DNA from: Octopus sinensis
Taxonomy: Eukaryota
Assembly: GCF_006345805.1 (NCBI RefSeq)
Contig: NC_042999.1
Coordinates: 111,972,001 to 112,036,000, forward strand
Reading direction: 5' to 3'
DNA length: 64,000 nt
In this document: positions 23,734-37,850 of the stretch, in pieces
Position numbering within the stretch: the first letter of the stretch is position 1
Layout of the letters: every line of letters begins with the position of its first letter
The notes under the pieces: model-generated
What the model saw: the letters and a program-made list of their open reading frames with translations, nothing else
Database searches by the model: none
Told to the model about the DNA's origin: nothing
Translations under genes and position numbers: made by a program

Positions 23734-24194
23734 TTTAATATATATATACACACGCACACGCATACATACATACATACATACATACATACATACATACATA
23801 CATACATACATACATACATACATACATACATACTTACATACATACATACATAAAACTATTCCAAGAGGACCGTGATATGATCTGAAAGGAATGTTAATCT
23901 GTATATCCATGGACCATTAAATATTCATTAAGAAATTCTAATGCTAGTATGGAAGCTGAGAATCACTTAGCTGCAAATTTTTTCTTCCTTACAATGACCT
24001 ACCACTGCACTTTACATTTAATACCTATGAGCCAATGAGGCAGCCTGTATATGGCATCTAGGCCCGCTAGAAATAACAGCTAAAACTCTCTTAAATAAAA
24101 GCGTCGTTTTGAAAGATGCACATTCGATAATGTTCTTTGGCTCATAATATTACAGAGAAAAAAACACGTGAGTGTCACGGCTTGGTTGTTTTTG

Positions 24195-24713
24195 ATCATC
24201 TTCTGCTTATAAGCATAAGACAAGGAATTTTAATAGAGGGGTTATTCGATTCTGTTGACCTCAGGATTTGGGTGGGGATACTTTATAACATCAATCCCAG
24301 AGAGAAAAAGGGGAAGTTGACCTCGGTGGAATTTGAACTCAGAACGCAAAGAATTAGAAAAAATTGAAGGATATTAGTCCACCGATCAAGCGATTCTGCT
24401 AAACCCGTTTTTTTTTTAATATTTAGACACAAATCCAACAATTTTAAAAGGATAAAGTTAATCGATACCATCATCTCCAGTATATAACAGGTTCTTTCCA
24501 CGGCAATAATATTGTTTTGAAATATAGGCACAAGGCCAGCAATTTCAGAAGAATACACTGACCCCAGTGATCAACTGGTACTAATTTTATGGACCCCGGA
24601 AGGATGAAAAGCATAGTCAGCCTCGGCCGAATTTGAACTCAGAATGTAAAGACGGACAAAATACCGCTGAGCATTTTGTCTGGCGTGCTAGCGATTCTAC
24701 CAGCTCGCTGCCC
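24195..24713 (-). mobile_element. Two to three degenerate major-family SINEs
   Basis: GTTGACCTCGGTGGAATTTGAACTCAGAACG (24316) and GCCTCGGCCGAATTTGAACTCAGAATG (24620). Confidence 0.8.
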
Positions 24714-26191
24714 TGTAAAAAGATAAAGGATAAAAATCATTCCTGAGTCATGCAGACTCTTAGAGTCGATTTCCTGGTTTCCGTGATGCACTTTTTTTAG
24801 ACTTCGTGGAGCCCATACCTCTCCAGGTCTGATCCCAGCTGATTTCTTTCAGTTGGTGAAAAAAAGAAAAATCAGCACCAGTACAGGACTGCTGCTTTAT
24901 TTATCGACTCCAAGGGGATGAACGGCAAAGCCGACCATAACGGATTTGGGCTCAAAATCCAGGAACGATTACCGCAAAGCAATCTCTCCGACGTTCTAAC
25001 AAATCTGCGGATTGGCCACCCAAGTCACATATTTATAGCAAGGAGCACACCACTAAAGGCAGACAAAGGACTGGTATCGCCGTTAAACCCGAAAATAAAT
25101 ATAATCTATCAGCCAAGATCAGGTATAGCCAATCAGACTGGCTTTTGTACAGTTTTTGTTTGCTCAATATTGATTACTTATTTCGGGTCAACTCGAATCT
25201 ACGGTAAAAGACACGATAATCGCATAAAAAAAAAAAGAAAAACGGATGAAATCTCAACATGTTTATAAGTTTATCATAGATTAGCTCAATGAGAGCTGCC
25301 TTGCAATTAAACAACGCTAAAAAACACAATATTAAAACCAAATATAACTACATTCTTTAAAAATAATACCTGAGTAATTAAACTACACTTTTTTCTCTTT
25401 TTTTTTTCTTTTTTAACTAAAGAGGAAAGGTATTACCAATGACCTTTCAGTAGGTCTCCGACACCGATAGAGGGACAGAGAAGTAATCTTCTCAAATCCG
25501 GAGGAACTTGCTAAAAATTGAAATCTGTTAAAGGCACCCGAGTTGTCAAGTGGTGATGTTAAACCAGATGATTCATTAAGTTTAACACCCAAATAAGTCG
25601 TGGCGGGATTTGTACTCAGAACGCAACGAATCGGAACAAATACCACGAGGTACAAATACCGACTCTGACAAAGTGAAAAAAAAAAATGAAAAGAAATGGC
25701 TTTTCTGATAATTCTTCCACTTTAATAGTTAGATGTCTATAAATTATTGGGTGTTTATAAATCGTGACGCTGTTGTGAGTGTCTCGCTTAAAAGCTGTTT
25801 TCAAACTATTTTAGAGTTTGCTATCCACTGTGTAGGTAGATCTGTCGAACTACAGACACACACACACACGCACAAACACACACAAACACACACACACGCG
25901 CAAACACACATATATGCATAGACATACATACAGATACACTAACACATATACATACATACATGGGTGTATATCAAAAAAGGAGAAAGAAGAATGAAATAGA
26001 TCAAAAATAAAAAGTACATAATTGTAGGCTGGTTACTTTCAGGTTGAAACGGTACCATATAGTCCCTGCTAAATAGAAACATACCGACTTGTCCACGTAT
26101 AGTCACACATTTATACATATATTGAATATACACACATAGTAGATACACACACATAGACCCACATATGTACATCTATCTATTTCTCTCTTTC

Positions 26192-26237
<46 letters not shown>

Positions 26238-26276
26238 ATATATATATATAATATATATATATATATACCGGAGTAA

Positions 26277-26526
26277 ACACATAAATGTGAAACAAGGTGG
26301 AAAAAAGAGTACTCAAATACCAGTGGTAGAGTAATATGCTTTATTCAAAGCAGCAGAAAATTCAACAAAACCTGTTACTCTGAGTTTCCCGTTGCCGTTC
26401 GACAGAGTTTTTGCTAGATTCTAGCAAAAACTGTTTTTTACAGATTCTAGCTAAAACTGTCCGACGAACGGCAACGAGAAACTCAGAGTGACAGGTTTTG
26501 TTGAATTTTCTGCTGCTTTGAATAAA

Positions 26527-26527
<1 letters not shown>
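26277..26527. mobile_element. Palindromic Penelope-like terminal fragment between (TA)n, with a hammerhead-like motif at 26457-26494
   Basis: Arms ~26339-26418 and ~26445-26527 are reverse complements. Right arm reads [CTGT] CCGACGA ACG GCAA CGA GAAA CTCAGAG TG [ACAG]. Confidence 0.7.
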
Positions 26528-26561
<34 letters not shown>

Positions 26562-26564
<3 letters not shown>

Positions 26565-26695
26565 TTCTGTAGAAGAGCGTAGGTTCGAAACGTAAAATAC
26601 TTTTTTCTATTCCTGAGCGCTATACTAATACATCTGTTTGTTTGTACACCACTTGCCTTCGTCTTTTGTTTATTTTCGTAAACTTTCTCTTTATA
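26562..26695 (+). mobile_element. Penelope-like terminal fragment related to the 16241-16380 terminus
   Basis: TCTTTCTGTAGAAGAGCGTAGGTTCGAAACGTAAAA...TTCCTGAGCGCTATACTAATAC...GCCTTCGTCTTTTG. Confidence 0.7.
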
Positions 26696-27885
26696 TACAC
26701 ACATACATGCATGTGTATATACACATAGACGTAGTACATACACACATATACATACTTTTCCATTTATTATACCCAGTAAACATATAGAAGCAGAGACATG
26801 GAATGAACAGACGGAGGAACATTCAGACACAAAACTCTTCTAGAAATAGCAATTCTCGTCGTGTCATCTTAAAAAAAATCTTAAGACATATTTGATGCCT
26901 GAATATAAGCTGAGGATGGTCACGTCTCGAACATTTTGATCATACATGTGTCTGCTAATTTAGATCTGACCTGGAGCTAAACAGCAGCGACAACAAAACA
27001 ACAGCTTCATTATTTGAATATACGATTTAACGTGGTCCAGCCTCTTGATTTGATTTATTTTTATAATCTTAACCGTTCATGTATAGTTTCTTACTACTTA
27101 CGTGTATGTATGTATGTATGTATGTATGTATATTTATATGTACTGATTTGTATGCTTTGTTTTATGTATGCATTTTCATGCATATACTTGTATATCTAGA
27201 CATGTTCGTGTATGATTAAATTATAAACTTCTGGAAAGTTTTACAGATTTTCACAGTTCCAGTGATGGCGTTAATCTGTAGTCTTCGAATCAGCTTTCTC
27301 CTTTCTGGCTGTGAGAAACTTAACTTCTCAAGATTGGTATTTAGGCAATACCCCCCCCCCAAAAAAAAAATTACTGGTATAAGCCTAAATTTTTATGTAT
27401 GTATATGTGCAGATTTGTATGTTTTGCTCTATGTATGTATTCTCATGCATATAGTTGCATATCTAGACATGCTCATATATATTTAAATTCTGAACTTCTG
27501 GAAATGTAAGTATGTCTGTGTGTATATGTGTGTGTGTGTATGTACTTGTAATTTTTGGACTAATGGGTATATGTTATTTAGTGTGTTGAGTAAAGCACGA
27601 TCACAGTTTGGGCTCCTTCAGGAATTCCGCAGGGTTAGCTGAGACAATAATAATCGGTGGATACAACTGGCAAAAAGCAACATAACTGCCTGAACTCAAT
27701 ATATTTAGTGGGACACCACTTTATGTATGCATGTACTGGGTATGACCCTGACCGCACTGATCGATGCAGCACAATTGAATGTACAATATCCCGCCCATGA
27801 AAGACAGTCGCAAGAGGGGTCGAAACGATAGTCGTACTGAATAAAGACTAATGCCAAATACATCTTCCGCTTCATTCAGCGATTA

Positions 27886-27927
<42 letters not shown>

Positions 27928-27948
27928 TATTATTATTATTATTATTAT

Positions 27949-27983
<35 letters not shown>

Positions 27984-27988
27984 TATTA

Positions 27989-28110
27989 AAGGCGGCGAGC
28001 TGGCAGAATCGTTAGCACGCTGGGCAAAATACTTAGCAGCATTTCGTTCCGTTTTTACATTCTGAGTTCGAATTCCGTTGAGGTCGACTTTACCTTTCGT
28101 CTTTCCGGGG
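27989..28110 (+). mobile_element. 3'-truncated major-family SINE
   Basis: AAGGCGGCGAGCTGGCAGAATCGTTAGCACGCTGGGC...GAGTTCGAATTCC. Confidence 0.85.
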
Positions 28111-28599
28111 TGAAGACCCTTTTTTGAGGACATTTGAAAAAAGCAGTAGTTGGAAAAATTCCTTCTTGTAGTATTTCTTTCTGACAATAAATGGCCCGTA
28201 TATAACCACAACTTTTTTTATATATATATATATTACATTCTATACCTAGGCATATTGTAATTGTGTTTCTGAAATCTTTCTTCTAGAATGTTTGCTTTGA
28301 AAGACATAAGCTGTAGCTGTTAATACGTCGTGTCATGAATTTATCAGATTATCAATTCCACCGAGGCCTTCAAACCAGTTCTATGTTCCTCTTTATAACA
28401 TACTCTAAATAAAACTGATTACTTTTGTACTAACTACGCGGAAAAAGATTTTAAATTCCCAGTGAACTATAATCTTATATAGATTTCCATTTCTATCTCT
28501 GTTCCTACTCTTCCTTTATATTGACGCCCACCATGAGGAAAATAAATGAAAGTAACATGTCCTTTTTGCCATGAATAGATAAAGTTCTTTTTCTAAGTC

Positions 28600-29500
28600 A
28601 AAAGGTAGAAGACTTTATCCAGTAACTCCCGGTTGAAAACCATCGCTATTTTGGTGCTTGGATGAATATAGCGGAAAACACTATTTAAGCATTCGTGATA
28701 GGATCCGGTTTGGTTTTTCTCCTTGCATCTGATAGGCGTTTGACCGATCAAATGCCTACAGAGCGAGCTTATTTCTAACCAACATACCCTATACTCGCAT
28801 TACAACTACTTGAAATACTTTTTTGAAATTATACTTCTAATCGCTAACCTGCAAATCTTTCAGATAAACGGTTGTTCAAAGGACTCTCAGAAAGCTTTGG
28901 ATAGCTTTTCTGAAATACCCAGATGGCATGTACTCTCTTTCACTTACTGAAGTATATCTAATACTCTTAGAAAAACTCAACTCCATAGAATATTCCTGAT
29001 TTCCATTTCTCAACCAAGATGATTTAATAGATAATACCCTCGTTGATAAAAAACAGTATTTAATACCCGCTTCGTTTTCAAATCAACAATGTAAAATACT
29101 TCGGTCCTGATTAGTTTTTGACTCCTTTAAAGCTCATGTAAGACTCGCGTTTAAGTGCTGCTCACATACCAGGAACATTTCTGCTGTACAAGCATTCTAA
29201 ACCACATCCAGAAGAAGATAATACCCTTGATAGCAAGTCTCATTGACCAACAGGTTACAAACACGAGTTGATGAAAGTGATCTTTCTCCATCCTCTTATA
29301 CAGCAGCCTCTACATTTTAAATAAGTAGGTTGCGTACCATTTCAGCACCGGCCCATTCAACATGGATGCATCTCCTCATACTGTTGTGTCTCTTTCGTAG
29401 TCTTTCGTTACCTTACACTAAATTCTTTCTCGTTCATTCCTCTCCAAATTACATCTCTCTAGAATTCATCCCCAATAACCACATTTTTTCATACAAGTGC
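28600..29500 (-). pseudogene. Possibly a very old LINE RT remnant
   Basis: Only a faint KAF(D)RV-like trace (AAAGCTTTCTGAGAGTCC on the minus strand) and a coding-like composition. No open frame. Confidence 0.25.
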
Positions 29501-30891
29501 AGATCCACTTATGTTCCAACTGAATATGAATTATATTAATTTGCTAAAATTTATAAAGGTTATAGGTATTAGGCATTCTCCTTCTATCACTTAATAAGAG
29601 AAAACCCTCTCACGTCATATAATAAAATAGAAACACCGAAATGCTGATGAAGAAAAGCAGCAGAAAAGGTTAACTGCTCTTAAAAGAAATCTAATAAAGT
29701 GAACGCCAATATAACTTATGCTTGTTTAAGTAGAGTCCGTTAGGGAATTTCGACTTTGTAATTTGGAAATATCATCAGATAACACTCAGAAAAACCTTGT
29801 TGTAACAGAGAGTTTTATCTTGATATTTAAGACAGTTATAAGTCGTCTGATTAAAAGTGCATGTACTTTAGAAGGTAGAGAAATTGAATTATATTATGAA
29901 GTAAACAACTTTATCCGTTTAATGAAGATAACTATGAAATAATATAGGCAAAATTCCTTGGAGGGATAACGAAAATAGTGGGTTACTGAAATGAATACGC
30001 TCTAAACAAGTTGATTTCGTGTAAGTATCATTTGAGAATAGAGTGGAAACTTGTATCACTTGTTATGAGATTTAAGTCACCAGTTGGGGGTATTGAAACT
30101 GAGAGGAGATTGAATGAAATGAATGGTAAATATTTAATATGCCAATACAAATGTTTTCACAGCGGGGAAGGGAGTATTAGTCTATGTATTTTTTATATTT
30201 TATATTTCATGTAGCTTGTTGGATTATATATTTGCAGCGAGTCGAGGTTTGGGATACAATGGAAGTATGTTTCAAAAGTGAAAGACGGAAGGTTTTGAAA
30301 AATAAAACGACTGTATACAAAATTAATTTTGTTGATTGTAAGTTACCCAATTATTTTATGCAAAATAACGATTTAAATAATTATACAGAGTGCAAAAACT
30401 TATTTTGTTTAACTGAAAAAACAAGAATGTAAAGAGTGAAATATGTAAGGCGTTAGTTGGCATGATGAGACTACAAGTAAGGAGATTGTAAGGATCAACT
30501 GAATTATATAAATTGCTTTAGAGCTTAGAGATTTAGACTATAGACACTATTTTTAACAATGTATCGTAAAAATCACTCGTAAATTATACTTCATTAAGAC
30601 AAACAAAAATTCAGAAAATCCCACTTAAAGTAAGATCAGCTGCTACTTACAGTACCAATAATTCATACCTTCATTTTGATACACTGATTCCATTTACAAC
30701 ATTGATTCTGTAATTTCCAAGATGTAATATCTTTGAGGTAGAGAAATTGGATTTCATCTTTGATCTTTAGACATTAAGCTGAGTTGCCTGCAAATCCTCC
30801 TAAGCATATTACCTAATAGTATATAGAATACGTTTAATTCAAAACCGTTTCTTTATTGGTTTTCTCGTTTGTTGATGTACGTCGATATAAG

Positions 30892-30941
<50 letters not shown>

Positions 30942-31490
30942 CAACAACAACAACAACAACAACACGGTCCGTCGTTGTCTATGGTTCTAAGAGAAAAAAG
31001 ACTTTAGAATATACTTAGACATCAAAATTTCCTAGTGATGAACATTTTTGTGATACGATTGCTGCTCTCCAAATATTTGTTGTAAAACTGGTATCAAGCA
31101 AAAACAAGCAAGATAACCAGACACTCCAAATACTGTATATTTAAAGTAAGTGATTTCCTCCATACGGATTTACATACGCATATAAAGGCAAATAGTTCTC
31201 CGTAAACCAGCCGATTAGTAAAGAGTTTAATATCAATTGATAAATTATTACCAAAAAAACAGGATTTACGTAATCACTTTTGTTAGCTTTTGGGGCTCTA
31301 ATTACGCATGCACACAGAGCTGATTGCGAGGGCGATAACATATAGCTAGCTCAGGACTGTTTGAAAGGAGAAAACATTTAAGCATATAATTGAGCACTCC
31401 CAGACACACATATAATATAATACACCAAGTATATATATATATGTGTGTGTATGTGTGTGTGAGTGTATATATATATATATATATATATAT

Positions 31491-31698
31491 GACCGTGTGT
31501 GTACCGTTGGTGATTTTTTTCCTCCGTCTTCCCTTCTCTGGATCTTTCTTTTTCCTATGTTTCTGACGAAGAGCTCCGCTCGAAACGTTAAATCCTCCTT
31601 CTTCCCTTCCTTCCTGAGCGTCCAATAATACTATATTTGTTTCACGTCCTTGCGTTGTTGTGTTTTCTCCTTGTGTTTTCATGTTTGGATTAACTTTG
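31491..31698 (+). mobile_element. Penelope-like terminal fragment between (TA)n tracts
   Basis: Pyrimidine-rich segment containing a hammerhead followed by TTCCTGAGCG, as in the 16241 and 26562 termini. Confidence 0.75.
31559..31593 (+). ncRNA. Minimal type-I hammerhead ribozyme with intact core
   Basis: [GTTT] CTGACGA A [GAGC] TCC [GCTC] GAAA CGTT [AAAT]. CUGANGA and GAAA are intact; stem III is replaced by the palindrome AACGTT. Confidence 0.8.
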
Positions 31699-31863
31699 TA
31701 TATATATATATATACATACATACATATATAAAGACATGTGTGTATGTGTGTGTGCATTTTCCAGTAGTCTCTGTGAGGGAAATAGATCCAGTGGTATAAA
31801 TTTTTAAAATATATATATACATGTATACATATATATATATGTATGTGTATATATGTATATATA

Positions 31864-31940
<77 letters not shown>

Positions 31941-32576
31941 CACATACATATATATATATACATATATATGTACATATATATGCATATATACATACATATA
32001 CCTTCAATAGTTTGCTATATGAATAATTACCTTAGACATTTCTACAACATTAAACACAGTCCCCCAGGGAATGTAGCCAAATGCAACCTCCAGTAAAATG
32101 TCTTAGCAAAATATTTTCTTGTAAGTGATCTTCACCTGCCACTAACGGTTATTGCTTTCTCTCTGAACATGGACGCCGCATATTAACTCTGCATATTAAC
32201 TTGGTTGTGGTGGTGCTGCTGGTAGAGTAACAAAATCGTTATGGCACTTGACAAAATCCTCAGCAGTATCTAGTGCCGGCTCTCCTTAATTCAAATTCGT
32301 GCGTGGTCAATTTCATTTTTCTTCCATCAAGTCCCCAAAACATCGGGATCAATTTGACGAGCTAGTTTACTCCTGCCAAATTTGCAGCTTTGTGCTTATG
32401 TTAAAGCAATTATTCTTATTGTTACTGTTGCTATTACTTTTATGTTCTTATTAACCAAGAGGATAATATCAGCAATATTTTCCACAATGGCTCCTTCATA
32501 GATCCAACATCTTTATATAAAGATAAGTAACAAGATTTAAAAGACGCATGATTATGTACACACATAGTTCCGGCAT

Positions 32577-32789
32577 TGATTTCAAATTTTGGCACAAGGC
32601 CAAACATTTCCGTAGAGAGCAGGCCGATTACATCGACCCAGTGTTCAGCTGGTATTTATTTCACTGACCCCGAAAGGGTGAAAGGCAAAAGTCGACCTCG
32701 GTGAAATTTGTACTCAGAACATAAAGACGAACGAAATGCCGCTAAGCATTTTTCCCGGCGTGCTGACTACTCTCCCAACTCTCCGCCTC
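32577..32789 (-). mobile_element. Major-family SINE (tail B)
   Basis: GATTTCAAATTTTGGCACAAGGCC...GTCGACCTCGGTGAAATTTGTACTCAGAAC...CCGCCT. Confidence 0.85.
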
Positions 32790-33018
32790 ATTAAGGTAAG
32801 CAATATTGGTAAATACACTATATAAATGAAGTGAATATAAATATATATATATATCTATCTTATGACCCATATACATATGAAATTTGGCTATACGTGGGTA
32901 TGTTTTCACGCTCTTATTTGTTACCATAATGATAGGGCCAACACAAATGCCGCATCTTGGTATTTTTCCGAACCAAATTTTAAATATCTACATTTTATTA
33001 TATGATGTAATCAGTTTA

Positions 33019-33399
33019 TCTCTCTCTATATAAACGGCAGTTTGTCTGTGTGTGTTTCTGTGTGTCTGTTTGCTTGTACCCTCACCCTGACTACGGCTTT
33101 CAACCGATTCTTATGAAACTTGACACACACATAGCCCAATGTCATAATTCAAAAATAACGCAGTGAAAATTTTGAAAAGTTCCCCCAGTTCTGAAAAAAA
33201 TCGATAAATTCGACATGGGGTCGAGAATCAAAAACAAACCACAGACTGTCTAGGGGATGCAACTCCACCTTTTTAACTCTCAAAAAAAATTTACCATAAC
33301 TTTTTTCACATTTTTTTGCTATATTTTGGCTATAACTCTCTAAAAATGCTTTATAGTTATTTCCCTTACAACCCGAGCAACGCCGGGCGATACTGCTAG
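33019..33399 (+). mobile_element. Non-autonomous Helitron, 381 bp
   Basis: 5' A|TC (TCTCTCTCTATATAAA). 3' hairpin CCCG-AGCAACGC-CGGG (33372-33387) followed by CTAG|T. Inserted between A and T with no TSD. Confidence 0.85.
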
Positions 33400-33496
33400 T
33401 TCATCAATAAAACACACGCGACTGAAACAGCTGTAGACAACATTAACCAATCTGTGTTCTTTCTTTAAATAAATAAATACACACACAGACGCGCAG

Positions 33497-33550
<54 letters not shown>

Positions 33551-33748
33551 CAAATGGAAGACAGAAGATGGAATATACGAGAATATATTATTAATCACAA
33601 CAATTGTTTCGACACATCTAGCATCGACTCCTCTTGTGGCACACACAAAATCTGGTTCAGGACTATCTGGTGGCGCAGCCGTATCTCCTCGGGTGATAAA
33701 TAAATAAAAAATCTCGTTAAAATGACTGTTCCATAATGCAACTTTCCG

Positions 33749-33784
<36 letters not shown>

Positions 33785-34366
33785 GAAATAATTCTTTTTG
33801 GGAACGGCTTAATTCGATGCAGACAAAACTATAAATAATAGCATGTAAATATTGGGTTAAAACCCTTTTCGTTAGAAAAATTCGAAGATAACCCTTGGGA
33901 TCTGAATCTACATCTCCGCTAAGCATGACAACCGTCCCAGCAAAGGACTTAAGCAATCTTTCGAATTTTTCTATTCATTTTACAAACACCATGCAAGCAA
34001 TCTTTCGAATTTTTCTATTCATTTTACAAACACCATGCTTTCTCAGCGAGAATTGTTGCTGCTGACATGTTAAGAATTTAGAAACGTGGAGTGGATATGA
34101 AATAATCCTTTTTTTTTCTTTTGGAATGGTTGAACTCGAAGTAAGTAAAGCTATAAATATTGGGTATTGGGTTAAGAATACTTTGAATAGAAAATCTAAG
34201 GTTGCTCTTATCTGTGTGTAAGTGTGTGTGTGTGTGTATATGTATGTGTGAGTGAGTGTGTGTATGTATATGAATATATGTATACATATATAAGCATACA
34301 TATATAGGTAGATGTATAATATGTATAGATATAGATAGATGTAGAACTAGTTATATATACTGGGTA

Positions 34367-34423
<57 letters not shown>

Positions 34424-34506
34424 TACGTATTTATGCCCATGTATACACGTGTATTTATATATATACATATTTATGCCTATACATATACCTGTATTTATGT
34501 AAATAC

Positions 34507-34620
<114 letters not shown>

Positions 34621-35400
34621 TAGATATATACACACTCACAAACACATACACAGGAAGGAGGGAGAGATTGAGAGAGAAATGTATAAATCTGACTGAATTT
34701 ATAATGTGTTTTTCGTTAAATAATATATTATTATCCTAGAAATAACTATAACTCAAACAAACAAGCAGCATACATATACAGGGACATAACAACACAACAC
34801 ATATCCGCTTATGATAAACATAAACACACACACATTTTCGAGGCAAGCAAACTAACAGACAATCAAACAAACAAACTATTTGTAAATATCAATTGATTGG
34901 CTGAGTAAAATGAACAATAAAAATGGCGAAATGAAGACCAGAATTTGAAATAATAATATAAAAATCTGGAAGAGTAGTAGTGTTAGAAACTAAGCAAGGC
35001 AGATTGTTATGACGAAAATTTAAAGATTTATATACAGATATAAAAACAATAGCACAACAGTAATGATGACAACACAACAAGTACAGCAACAACAAAAATG
35101 ACAGCAATAATAATGATAAACATAATTAAAATATATGGAAGACTTTTAAATTATTCTCAGGTATTTTGCCTGAATTTTTGCCTGTCATCTATTGCTTTAC
35201 AATTAAAACTGGTCCCTATAATGACAGGGTCTTTACTACATAACCATAGAATAAAAAAAAATTATACATATAATAAAAATGTATATATATACATATAAAC
35301 GTGAAAAAAAATATTCCCACTAGTTGGATGACTGACAGCTATATTTGCTCAGCTAATTTAGAAACTTTCGATTAGTTTTAGTAAAAGAACTTTTTTCTAA

Positions 35401-35446
<46 letters not shown>

Positions 35447-36363
35447 TAAAATTGAAAACAAATATGTTGATATAGACATCTTCAAATCTCTTGATGAAAT
35501 GACATATGTAAAATTCCTTACACAATTGGATGTTTTTTAAAATATATATTTATAGTTTCTAAAGTTTTTAAAAAATTTTATAACAATTTTATTTCTATGA
35601 TATTATTTAAAACTGAAATTGTTATTTGGAATTTCATTTGTAAAATTTATTGAAATGTTCTTTTGTCATTAATTTGTTGTTATTATCAGTTTATTTTATT
35701 TACTTATTTTTACTACTGGTTTTATTCTATGAAATTTTTCTTCGCAATCTTCATAGGGAGATAAATGTTTCTCTAAATATTATGACAAGAACATAGATAG
35801 AATTGGTAAATGAAATGAAGGAATATGTTGTCGTTCTTTTTACTTCAACATGCTAACTAATAATAGTGTCTGCTGGTTCAACTCTTACCATACTGTAAAA
35901 GTATGTTTTTGCTAATATTTATCATAGAAAGTTTTGCTAATCGTTTACTTTCCAAAAATGAATTATTTTGTTTCATTAAGTTAAAACAAGAAGTTCTTTC
36001 AATTCAAACATCTTTACATATTTTTTGTGTCTGAACTTTACTAAAGTCATTCTTCAAGGCGCTTACTCATAGTGTTCGGGTTTTTAGTACCTTAATCCTT
36101 TGTCTTGATTATTTTTCTAAATAAAACCATTATTAATGTGTTTCAGTTAATTTTGAGAATAATCAAGAATTTTGAGAGAATTAGTTAACTTATAACTTTG
36201 TCCTTGTTAAGCTGTTGTATGAAACAATAAAATGTTCTTTCCATAAACTATGAGAGACTAATTCAAACAGGGTCAGTTTAAAATGGAAAGGATTTGTATC
36301 ATAGCATTTTAGAAGATTGACAGAAGCACATGCTGTGACTTTAAGACGGATTATCCAAGATCT

Positions 36364-36500
36364 GTAGGATGCGTGACTTAGTTACTAGGGTGTTTCACTC
36401 ACGGTCGCGAGATCGTGGTTCAATTCCTGGAATGAGAGGTGCGTTGAATTCTTGACACGTTGCTCTACGATCACTTCAACACATGACGTGTGGTACACCA
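36364..36500 (+). mobile_element. Degenerate tRNA-derived SINE head
   Basis: GTGACTTAGTTACTAGGGTG...GATCGTGGTTCAATTCCTGG (A- and B-box-like). Confidence 0.55.
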
Positions 36501-36699
36501 GGCCTGCAAACGGCAAGTAAAAAACGCTGTTATTGTAAGAAGTTATTAGAATGTAGGACTATCAATCACAAGTGTATATCAAATTTAGAAGGAGTATATC
36601 ACAGTATGAAAGGCCGTAAAACGCTCTCCCTAGAGATATTTTCGAAAGAGTTCTGGTATGTAAACAAAGGACACAACTGTGATGCAACGTAATGCAATT

Positions 36700-37850
36700 A
36701 TACTCGTCGCTTTTCGAGATACATATGTCCACTGCTTTTACCAAACAAAACATTGTGACTGATAAGACGTTTGTATTTTTCCTTCCCTCATGGAACATAC
36801 TAGGGTTACAATGTCTTGTCAAAGTTCCAAATACTAAAGTCGATACCATTAAGTAACTAATAACAACGTGGTTCACAAAGCTATCCATAAGAACCGAAGC
36901 AACTAACAGAATTATGTTATCGACAGGATTATTCGAGGATGATGTCTTCTCTGTATTGCTTCTCTTTCTGCCAGTGAACACTTTATCAACTCTGTTAAAG
37001 AAGTGCATAAGTCAACATGACAGGGTCTGCAATGGAGATTTATTTCGTCCACACCTTTTTTATTGATGACTTTACGCTGTAACCAAGAAACATTGATGAT
37101 GTCAAGACATAGTACTGATCACATCAGTCTCTCAGTATATAGGAATGAAGTTTGGTCAGAATAAGCGTCCACATGTAGTAGACAGTTGCGTAAAGACTGG
37201 TGACCAAACAAGGAATACGAGCAGAATGACCTGACTATCTTCCTTGTTGCTTACGATATATATTACATGTAGCTCGAAATCGACGAGAATATTGCATATT
37301 ATAGTTCTGTACGTAAAGCTAGGGTGACAACAGAATACTCCAGCACACTTTGGAAGGTATGGAAGTCAGAGATGTATGCATTCAATAAGAACATCTGCTA
37401 CAATGTTTCGTAATGCCAGTGTAAGTAATTGGGATGTTAGCCTTGAAGAGGTTTGAAACTTGAACATCAAAACCAAAAATATGTTAAAATTTCTGGTAAT
37501 TCCCACATCAATAGCGACACTGATCGGATCTATGATAAATGGAGGTTGGAGGCAGATGGCATTTGAGTGTCGCATCGTATCAGTAAAGAGAGGAGGAATA
37601 CAAAACATGTATGGCAGGAACAGTAGCTTCACCAGGATCTATGATAGATAAATTACACCCTACCTTGAAAGAGCTACTAAAACATTAATCAAGAGAAAGA
37701 TAAGTGTGTCTCTAAACACTTACTCTAAAATAGAAAATGTCAAGTGTGCCATACCCGTGTGCAAGACATCATCTTCTTCACCAACTGCCCAGAAATATCT
37801 GCAAGGTGCTACCTTCGCATGAGACATGGTATTATTTTAAAACCATTTAA
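36700..37850 (+). pseudogene. Heavily decayed R4/Dong-type RT
   Basis: Traces GLFEDDVFSVLL (cf. GIFQGDSLSPLLF), HLF.IDD, IGMKFGQNK, WKSE..AFNK and GGWRQ, in the expected order. Confidence 0.55.

Noticed and set aside
27100-27510. Diverged ~110 bp direct repeat ending in AACTTCTGGAAA
   Set aside because: Largely built from TATG-derived low-complexity sequence. Too diverged to argue for LTRs, and no PBS or PPT was seen.
27781-27840. CCCATGA..GAC/GTC..GAAA motif
   Set aside because: Two core mismatches and no stem I in register.
30000-30450. Possible decayed L1-type endonuclease (NGKYLICQ..)
   Set aside because: A single weak resemblance without the diagnostic APE motifs; cannot be supported.
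33600-33700. Hammerhead-like GAAACAATTG with a CACAA/TTGTG stem on the minus strand
   Set aside because: No CUGANGA-compatible or compensated core and no clean stem II. At most a decayed PLE end.
33951-34038. Perfect 44 bp tandem duplication
   Set aside because: Ordinary local slippage or repair duplication with no further structure.
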